64,000 bases of DNA from Eledone cirrhosa. Its lineage: Eukaryota. Where the stretch lies: contig OZ024749.1 of the NCBI GenBank assembly GCA_964016885.1, positions 14,632,001 to 14,696,000 on the forward strand. The letters run 5' to 3'. The notes under the pieces were generated by a model. The model did no database searches and had not been told where the DNA came from. It saw only the letters and a program-made list of their open reading frames with translations. The position numbers were made by a program, and so were the translations under genes. Below are positions 49,166 through 59,334 of this stretch, in pieces. Each line of letters begins with the position of its first letter. Within the stretch, counting starts at the first letter, position 1.

Positions 49166-52100
49166 TACACACATCATTTATACCTCTCAGACTTTTATGA
49201 GGTGCTGAGGGGATAAAGTTAATGTAAAGAGTGGTGAGCTCATGTGCAGAGATGTTACAAAATGGCCTCTAAAATAGAGTGAAGACCCTTGTAGTACTTT
49301 TTGTAGGTGTCACAACAAAAAGCACCCAGGCCACACTGTAAAGTGGTTGTGTAGGTGTCATGGCAAAAAGCACCCAGGCCACACTGTAAAGTGGTTGTGT
49401 AGGTGTCATGCAAAAAGCACCCAGGCCACACTGTAAAGTGGTCATGTAGGTATCATGACAAAAAGCACCCAGTACTCACTGTGAATGAGGTTGGCACTAG
49501 GAAGGGCACCCAGCTGTAGAAATCAAGCCAAATTCGGTTCTGTATGAGCAAGACATGGTCATCTGATCTAACACTGCTTGCTAACAACAGGATAACTCAT
49601 CTAACCCATGCCAGCATGGAAAAATGGACATTAAACAGAGATGATTATGATGATATACATACATACATATACACACACACATGCACACTTAGAATACACG
49701 TGTTAACAGATACACCAAAATAACCAAGAGGCCCAGCCATAACTGACCACCTCCACAGAACCAGAGCAGAGAAGGAGGAGGAGGAAGAGAATGGTGGTGG
49801 TGTGTGATACTCACTGTTTATCATCCCTGCCAATCTCCAGTTGGTACTGGATTAAATCAGGGTTGCGACCATCACCCCACTTTAGTTTAAGGCTGTTCGG
49901 GGCTGCACTGACGCAGTCGAGGGTGGGTGGTGCTGGAGGCAAGGACTTTGTGATCACCTTGATGGCAAAACTAAAGGCACCAGGCCCGATTGCATTGACA
50001 GCTTGGATTCTGATTCTGAAAGAGAGATTGATAGGTTGATATCATGTGGAACAGCAGAGAGAGAGAGAGAGAGAGTGTAATGTAACAACAATACTCACCT
50101 GTAGAGAGTGTCAGGTGAGAGAGAGAGTGTGTGTGTAATGTAACAACAATACTCACCTGCAGTGTCAGGTGAGAGAGAGTGTGTGTGTAATGTAGCAACA
50201 ATGCTCACCTGTAGTGTCAGGTGAGAGAGAGTGTGTGTGTAATGTAGCAACAATACTCACCTGTAGAGAGTGTCAGGTGAGAGAGAGAGAGTGTGTGTGT
50301 GTGTAATGTAACAACAATACTCACCTGTAGAGAGTGTCAGGTGAGAGAGAGAGAGTGTGTAATGTAGCAACAATACTCACCTGTAGAGTGTCAGGTGAGA
50401 GAGAGAGAGAGAGTGTGTGTGTAATGTAACAACAATACTCACCTGTAGAGTGTCAGGTGAGAGAGAGAGTGTGTGTGTAATGTAGCAACAATGCTCACCT
50501 GTAGAGTGTCAGGTGAGAGAGAGTGTGTGTGTAATGTAGCAACAATGCTCACCTGTAGAGAATGTCAGGTGAGAGAGAGAGAGTGTGTGTGTAATGTAAC
50601 AACAATACTCACCTGTAGAGTGTCAGGTGAGAGAGAGAGAGTGTGTGTGTAATGTAACAACAATACTCACCTGTAGAGTGTCAGGTGAGAGAGAGAGTGT
50701 GTGTGTAATGTAGCAACAATGCTCACCTGTAGAGTGTCAGGTGAGAGAGAGTGTGTGTGTAATGTAGCAACAATGCTCACCTGTAGAGTGTCAGGTGAGA
50801 GAGAGAGAGTGTGTGTGTGTAATGTAGCAACAATACTCACCTGTAGAGTGTCAGGTGAGAGAGAGTGTGTGTGTAATGTAGCAACAATACTCACCTGTAG
50901 AGAGTGTCAGGTGAGAGGTTTTCAAGCTTATACTCTGTAGCATCAGTGATATTAATCAGCTGTTTATCACCTGTGTCTATATTGTAGGAGAGGATCTCAC
51001 TGCCATTGTTGTGGGGTTCATCCCACTTCAAGACAGCATCAGTGGCTGTTGTCTGCACCTTGCAGTGCATCACAGCTGCAGGACTAGAAGGTTGAGTTTG
51101 GCACCGACACACTGAACTGAAAGGGCCAGCCCCAGCACTGTTTATGGCCTGCAAGAAAACAACAATAATAATAATAATAATGGTTTCTGATTTAGGCACA
51201 AGGCCAGCAATTTTGAGGGAGGAAAGAGTCGATTAAATCAACCCCCACTGCGTTACTGGTATTTTATTTTATGGAGCTCTTATAAATCTATACAGCATAC
51301 AGAAAATAGCATTACTAGGCACCACATATATTACATAAAGTACTCCAGGATTTACTTATATATATCATCATCATCCTCATCAACGTTTAACGTCCGTGTG
51401 CCACGCTTGCATGGGTTTGGACGGGGGTAGTCCCACTTGAGGCAAGAGTGATTGTCTTGCTCGCATAGGACTGTCTGGCAGGTTTTCTACAGTTGGATGC
51501 CCTTCCTAACACCAACCACATTTACAGTGTGGGTCTGGGAGGTTTTTACCGTGTTGCCTACACGGCCACATTACAGCGTGGACTGTGTGTTTTTTTTGTC
51601 GTGACACCTACACGATCTCATTTGTTTCGGCCTGGATGGCGCGGCACCAACATAACTTTACATAGAATGTATATATATGTATGAGGTGGGTCAGAAAAGT
51701 TCCAGGACTGATGTCACAAAAGATTTATTGTTTTTGAGTGGTGCAAGATGACCCCAGGAGTGGAAGGCCCTCAACAACCTGGACTGAGGGCCTCGTTGTT
51801 GAGGGTCTTCCGCTCCTGGGGTCCGCAACAGCCAGGACTGAGCGCATTAGGCAGACGGTGCATAGCGATCGTCGGCTGAATGTTCGACTGATGGCAAATG
51901 AGCTGGGCATGAATCGGGACGGCGTCTGGAAGATTCTCACATGCGGAAAGTCTGCGCAAAGATGGTGCCAAAACTGCTGAACGATGACCAGAAGGGTCGA
52001 CGCATGCAAGTGTATCAGGACATCCTCGAGCTTCTTGAAACCGAACCAGACTTGCTAGGGACAGTCATCACCGGTGATGAGTCATGGATCTTCGAGTATG

Positions 52101-55100
52101 ACCCGGAGGGGACCCGTTTTGAAGATGTTGACATCAAAAAGGCTGTGACGACAGAACTGCGGAGGATCCCGGAAGAATCCTTCCAGGAGTGCATGCAAGC
52201 GTGGCAGAAAAGGATGGAAAAGTGCATTAGACTCCAGGGGAATTACTTTGAAGGAGAAAACTCTTAGTGTGAAGTTTGGGTTTGAAATAAATCTTTTGTG
52301 ATATCAGTCCTGGAACTTTTCTGACACACCTCGTATATATAATAATACAAGGACGATTTGTTAGGCCTTCATTTCGTTTATTGATTTGTGACGTGTGTTT
52401 CGCTGTTGATCAGCTCAAGGTTCGATCTGGCCTGACTCTGGAATCAAAAGCTCGTCGGACCTCTGATGTTGTAATCACAGAATGAACATAAAGGGCATAG
52501 AAATGTCTGTAATGTTTCACATTCATATGGTGGTCAGTTTATGTTGTTTTTATTGGTGGGTGAACCTACAGTAACTTCACGTTACACTCCCTGGGTATAT
52601 ATCATCATCACCGTTTTATGTCCGTTCTTCCACGCTAGCATGGGTTGGACAGGTTGTGGGCAGTGTCCAGTCGGCTGACCTTGTCTTGCTCATACGGGAA
52701 ACTGATTCTGGCTTGATTTCTACAGCTGGATGCCCTTCCTAACACCAACCTCATTTACAGTGAGCGCTGGGTGCTTTTTTGCTGTGGCACCTCCACAACC
52801 ACTTTACAGTGGAATGATAGGGACCCCAGTCCTATCATCTCATTTCTACTGGTGAATAAAGTGGAGCAATGTGAAATAAAGTGTCTTGCTCAAGGAAACA
52901 ACACATCACCCGGTCTGAGAATTGAACTCACAACCTTCCGATTGCAAGCCCAATACTCTAACCACTAAGCCATGTGCCTCTAATAATAACAATAATACTG
53001 ATTTCTTCTATAAGCACAAGGCCAGCAATTTACAGAAGATAGCAGTACTAGGCACTGCATACATATTAGGAAGAGTACTCTCAATACAATAGAAATAACA
53101 CCACCAATAACAACACTGCACATTCCCAAGGCACACAGAGCCATGCTCAGTAATGAGATGACAGCAAGCAATAAAAATAATAATTGTTTCTACTTCGGCA
53201 CAAGGCCAGCAATTACCCAGTAAATTACTGGTACTTTATTTTATCGACCCCGTAAGGATGAAAGGTAAAGTCAATCTCGGCGGGATTTGAACTCAGATCG
53301 TAAAGGGACGTAACTATGTTGGAAAGCATGGCGTCCGACCCTCTACCGATACTGCCAATCCACGATAATTGTTTCTACTTTTGGCACACGTCCAGCAATT
53401 TGAAAGGATGAGGGGGGGGGGGGGGTCGATTTAATCGAACCAGTGTATTACTGGTGCTTTATTGAAGGATGAAAGGCAAAGCTAACCTCGGCAGGATTTG
53501 AAATCAGAATGTAAAGGGCCGTAACTCTATGCCGCGAAGCATGGTGTCTGGCACTCTACCGATAATGCCAATCCACTGGCCTTTAATAATAATGATCTCA
53601 TTTATTGGCCACAAGGGCCGACATAGGGGACAACACAGAAGACTAATAGTTTCTTAATATGCCGTGAAACTAAACTTTTTAGATGATGGAAAAATAAAAA
53701 TGAAGTTGTGATGTTGATGCATGTGTTCTAGAGTATAGCCACCTATGAGCATGTGTTCAACAGTGTAACTACCTGTGTGCATGTGTTCTAGAGTATAGCC
53801 ACCTATGAGCATGTGTTCAACAGTGTAACTACCTGTGTGCATGTGTTCAACAGAATAGCCACCTATGAGCATGTGTTCAACAGTGTAACAACCTGTGTGC
53901 ATGTGTTCAACAGAATAGCCACCTATGAGCATGTGTTCAACAGTGTAACTACCTGTGTGCATGTGTTCAACAGAATAGCCACCTATGAGCATGTGTTCAA
54001 CAGTGTAACTACCTGTGTGCATGTGTTCAATAGAATAGCCACCTATGAGCATGTGTTCAACAGTGTAACTACCTGTGTGCATGTGTTCTAGAGTATAGCC
54101 ACCTATGAGCATGTGTTCAACAGTGTAACAACCTGTGTGCATGTGTTCAACAGAATAGCCACCTATGAGCATGTGTTCAACAGTGTAACAACCTGTGTGC
54201 ATGTGTTCAACAGAATAGCCACCTATGAGCATGTGTTCAACAGTGTAACTACCTGTGTGCATGTGTTCAACAGAATAGCCACCTATGAGCATGTGTTCAA
54301 CAGTGTAACTACCTGTGTGCATGTGTTCAATAGAATAGCCACCTATGAGCATGTGTTCAACAGTGTAACTACCTGTGTGCATGTGTTCTAGAGTATAGCC
54401 ACCTATGAGCATGTGTTCAACAGTGTAACAACCTGTGTGCATGTGTTCAACAGTGTAACAACCTGTGTGCATGTGTTCAACAGAATAGCCACCTATGAGC
54501 ATGTGTTCAACAGTGTAACAACCTGTGTGCATGTGTTCAACAGAATAGCCACCTATGAGCATGTGTTCAACAGTGTAACTACCTGTGTGCATGTGTTCAA
54601 CAGAATAGCCACCTATGAGCATGTGTTCAACAGTGTAACTACCTGTGTGCATGTGTTCAATAGAATAGCCACCTATGAGCATGTGTTCAACAGTGTAACA
54701 ACCTGTGTGCATGTGTTCAACAGAATAGCCACCTATGAGCATGTGTTCAACAGTGTAACTACCTGTGTGCATGTGTTCAACAGTGTAACTACCTGTGTGC
54801 ATGTGTTCAACAGAATAGCCACCTATGAGAATGCGTTCAACAGTGTAACTACCTGTGTGCAGGTGTTCAATAATGTAGCCATCTGTGTACATGTGTTCAA
54901 TAGTGTAGCCACCTGTGTGCACGTGTTCAATAGTGTAGCCACCTGTGTGCACGTGTTCAATGCTGTAGCCATCTGTGTGCATGTGTTCAATAGTGTAGCC
55001 ACCTGTGTGCACGTGTTCAATACTGTAGCCATCTGTGTGCATGTGTTCAATAGTGTAGCCACCTGTGTGCACGTGTTCAATAGTGTAGCCACCTGTGTGC

Positions 55101-58100
55101 ACGTGTTCAATAGTGTAGCCACCTGTGTGCATGTGTTCAATGCTGTAGCCATCTGTGTGCATGTGTTCAATAGTGTAGCCACCTGTGTGCATGTGTTCAA
55201 TAGTGTAGCCACCTGTGTGCACATGTTCAATAGTGTAGCCACCTGTGTGCATGTGTTCAATAGTGTAACTGCCTGATGTTTTACTTACCGAAACTTTAAA
55301 GCTATAATTGGTCGCAGGAATTAGGTTTTTGATTTCATATTTCCGTTGAGGTCCAACATAGAGCTGTAAAGATAGAATGGTGGTGGTAGTGGTGGTGGTG
55401 GTGTGAGGATAGAGTGGTGGTGAGAGTAGAGTGGTGGTGTGAAGATAGAGTGGTGGTAGTAGTAGTAGTAGTGGTGTGAAGACAAAATGGTAGTAGTAGT
55501 AGTGGTGGTGTGAGGATAGAGTGGTAGTGGTAGTAGTAGTAGTGAATGGTATGAAGACGATGGAGGTGGTGATCATGATAGTGTGAGAATAGGGTAGTAG
55601 TAGTGGTGTGAGGATAGGATAGGAGTAGTGGTAATAGTGTGAGGACAGGGGATAGAGTTGTAGTGATAGAATAGTAGAAGTGGTAGTGGTGTGAGGATAA
55701 TGTGACCGGTCAGTTGTATTAAGTACTGCAATGGTCAGTGATTTACACACTACAGCCACCTTTCAATACAACACACACACATACTCCAAACAGCTACATA
55801 CACACACACACACACACAGTCTAAGCACAACAAACACACACACACACACACTAAACAGCTACATACACACAGTCTAAGCACAACACACACTCTAAACAGC
55901 TACATACACACAGTCTCAACACAACACACACACACACTCTAAACAGCTACATACACACTACCCCAATACTAACCAGTACTACAACATACACACTACATAT
56001 TCTGCACAATTGTACTATAAGACAGATTACATAGATATAGTAGAAGTAGTGTGATTGAGAAAGGAATATTATCTATATATCTAAAACAGAGAATGTCGGT
56101 CTGTCTGCCCCCTTAAAACTCGAGAACCACCCAACCGATTATTTTCAAACTTTACACATGTAAACTTATGGTCATGTGAGTGTTTTGAGCAAAAAATATT
56201 TCAAAATTTCAATGCCTCAGGGACCGCATTAGGCAAAAAAAAACCGCATATTTTAAGCTTTAAAGGCTTATTTGAGGCATAACGGAACAATAATCCAGGC
56301 GATTTCTTCAAAATTTGCATTACTTATGTCGTTTAAAGTGTTTTGAGCAAAAAAGATTTTCTCATTTTTTGCCCCAGAGACCACATTAGGCAAAAAACCG
56401 ATTTTTTGAAGCATTTTGGTTGTGTTAGGGCCTGTAACTCGAGAAGTACCCAACTGATTTTTTTTTAAACTTTGCGTAAGCATTACTAATGTTTCACAAA
56501 TTTTCTTGACTGATTTCAAATTTTTGCCCCGGGACCGCATTGTTTAGCATTTTGGTTGCGTTTGGGCCTGTAACCTTAAAAGTATCCAACTAAATTCCTT
56601 CATGCTCTCCACCACTGCAGTCCCCCATGCTTACTGCTCTGTAACTTTCATTGTACCATAGCACAACAAATACATGTTTGGTTTGTCAAATGCCTTTTTA
56701 CTTAACCCTATTGGCTTGGCTTCGTGGGTTGAACATTTTACTCTCAGGCACCCAGTTAAGTTAAACCCCTGGTAATCTACGACAATTTTTTTTTATAAGC
56801 ACAAAATGTAGACACCATCCCCAGGCCGAGGTATTCTGTACTTCTCTGTACTGTTTCAGAAAGGAGGGATAAACATGCCAATCTATGTTTAGAATTCCGA
56901 GCAACGCCGGGCCATTCTGCTAGTAGTGAGATAAAAGATGAAGAATTGTTGATGTTATCTGTGTGAAATCTAAGGTAGGTTTCTATTGAGATAGAAGATA
57001 AAGAAAGGTTGATGTTACCTGTGTGAAATCTAAGGTAGGTTTCTGTTGCCATTCTAAACGGTAATCTGTGATTGTAGCACCATTGTTGACAGGTTTTTCC
57101 CAACTCAGTTGTATAGAGTGGGGAGATTTCCAGTTGACTGTGGGAGGTTTTGGAGCATCGGGGACACCAGGACCGCTAACAACTTCACAAGATTCAGACC
57201 AGGGCCCAGCCTATAGAAAACAATAAATATTCTGTTACTATAACAACAGAAACAACAATAACAACAACAGTAACAACTTCACAAGATTCAGACCAGGGCC
57301 CAACCTAGACAAAACAGATATTGTTACAACAACAGTAACTGGTGTGTGTGTGTGTGTGTTCTGGGTAGCTGACATTACCCTCAGCTACATGAAGTGTGTA
57401 TATTCCAAGTAACTGATACCCTTGGGTAGCTAGCACACCCTAAGGTGCAGAACTTGTGTGTTCTGGGTATTCTCTCAGGTACACAACTTGTCTGTGAGTT
57501 CTGGGTATCTAACACCACCTTAGGTGCAGGCACATTCTCTCAACATGTATGACCAGGGAGGTAAAAATCAACACAATGTGGGAGTTTGAGGAGGTGACTG
57601 AGTGTTACTCCAGATTTGGCTCTGATAGAAGTCGCCCCCCCCCTCATCTTTACAATACTTCAGCAAATTCTCACATAACTGCTACTACTGTTAATGCTGC
57701 TACTATGAGTGGGCTTCAAAAAGTTTGTGGAAAAAGTACATAGCTAAAAATCTTATGCAGGGATTTTGATCTCAATGCACCTGAATGTTCTCGTACTAAC
57801 GTGTTCTAACATGTTCTAACATGCTCTAACGTGTTCTAACATGCTCTAACGTGTTCTAACATGTTCTAACGTGTTCTAACATGTTCTAACATGCTCTAAC
57901 GTGTTCTAACATGTTCTAACGTGTTCTAACATGTTGTACTAACATGTTCTAACATGTTGTACTAACATGTTCTAACGTGTTCTAACGTGTACTAACGTGT
58001 TCTAACGTGTACTAACGTGTACTAACGTGTTCTAACGTGTTCTAACGTGTACTAACGTGTTCTAACGTGTTCTAACGTGTTCTAACGTGTTCTAACGTGT

Positions 58101-59258
58101 ACTAACGTGTTCTAACGTGAACCAGTCAGAGGTTAGCACCTGCTCGAGCAGCATGGCCTCCATCAAAACATCAAATTCCTGGTGAAGCTAGGGTGGCAGA
58201 GCAGCCAAACCATTGACGCTCTGGAGCAAGTTTATGGGGACAATGGCCCAAAGAATAATGGATAAGTTGTTTTAGAAGTGGAAGGGATGAGGCTGAAGAT
58301 GTAAAAAGAGCTGCTTTGACATAAATCACATGGCCCTCAGTTTGACACAGATGAACTTAAAGGCTGGTATCAACACTTGCAGAAGTGTATTGACCTAGAG
58401 GGACCACATGGCCCCCAGTTTTACACAGATGAACTTAAAGGCTGGTATCAACACTTGCAGAAGTGTATTGACCTAGAGGGACCACATGGCCCCCAGTTTT
58501 ACACAGATGAATTTAAAGGCTGGTATCAACACTTGCAGAAGTGTATTGACCTAGAGGGACCACATGGCCCCCAGTTTTACACAGATGAACTTAAAGGCTG
58601 GTATCAACACTTGCAGAAGTGTATTGACCTAGAGGGACCACATGGCCCCCAGTTTTACACAGATGAACTTAAAGGCTGGTATCAACACTTGCAGAAGTGT
58701 ATTGACCTAGAGGGACCACATGGCCCCCAGTTTTACACAGATGAACTTAAAGGCTGGTATCAACACTTGCAGAAGTGTATTGACCTAGAGGGACCACATG
58801 GCCCCCAGTTTTACACAGATGAACTTAAAGGCTGGTATCAACACTTGCAGAAGTGTATTGACCTAGAGGGACCATATGTTGAAAAATAAACACCATAACT
58901 TAAACCATTTTTTTTTTCAACTGTCCTTTTTCCACAATCTTTTAGAAGCGCGCTCATACTGCTGCTGCTACTACTACTGCTGTGGTATACTTACCCCAAC
59001 TTTATTTGAACACTTCACTTGAAATAGGTATGGTCGTCCTGGCAGAAGGCCGGCAACCACACAGTCTATATCCCTGCCTTTGTATACTTCCCGGGTTGTG
59101 TTGTCTGGTGACACCGACTGGACAATATATTCTGTTACAGGGGAACCGCCATCAGATGCTGGAGGGCCTGTAATATAAACGTTAGGTATGAGGTTCACTG
59201 AGGAATGATGATGGCTTTTAGGTTGGATTCTCTCAACTTTGTCACTTGGCTCTCTCTC

Positions 59259-59334
<76 letters not shown>

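Larger units (their letters stand above)
57706..58956 (+). mobile_element. HsMar2-like (irritans subfamily) mariner deletion derivative holding two internal tandem arrays
   Basis: TA-TGAGTGGGCTTCAAAAAGTTTGTGGAAAA...TTTTCCACAATCTTTTAGAAGCGCGCTCA-TA; [22 protein letters not shown]-terminus; [30 protein letters not shown]-terminus. Confidence 0.85.

Noticed and set aside
49184-49268. Candidate extra FNDC3 exon bounded by AG/GT
   Set aside because: No FN3 similarity, stop codon in the required phase, and the flanking exons already join in frame.
51941-52267. SETMAR-like host gene
   Set aside because: Lies between TIRs, is frameshifted and lacks most of the catalytic domain; a transposon remnant.
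58377-58889. 170-aa repeat protein as a host gene
   Set aside because: Tandem copies of a mariner transposase tail with a non-ATG start inside a deleted element.
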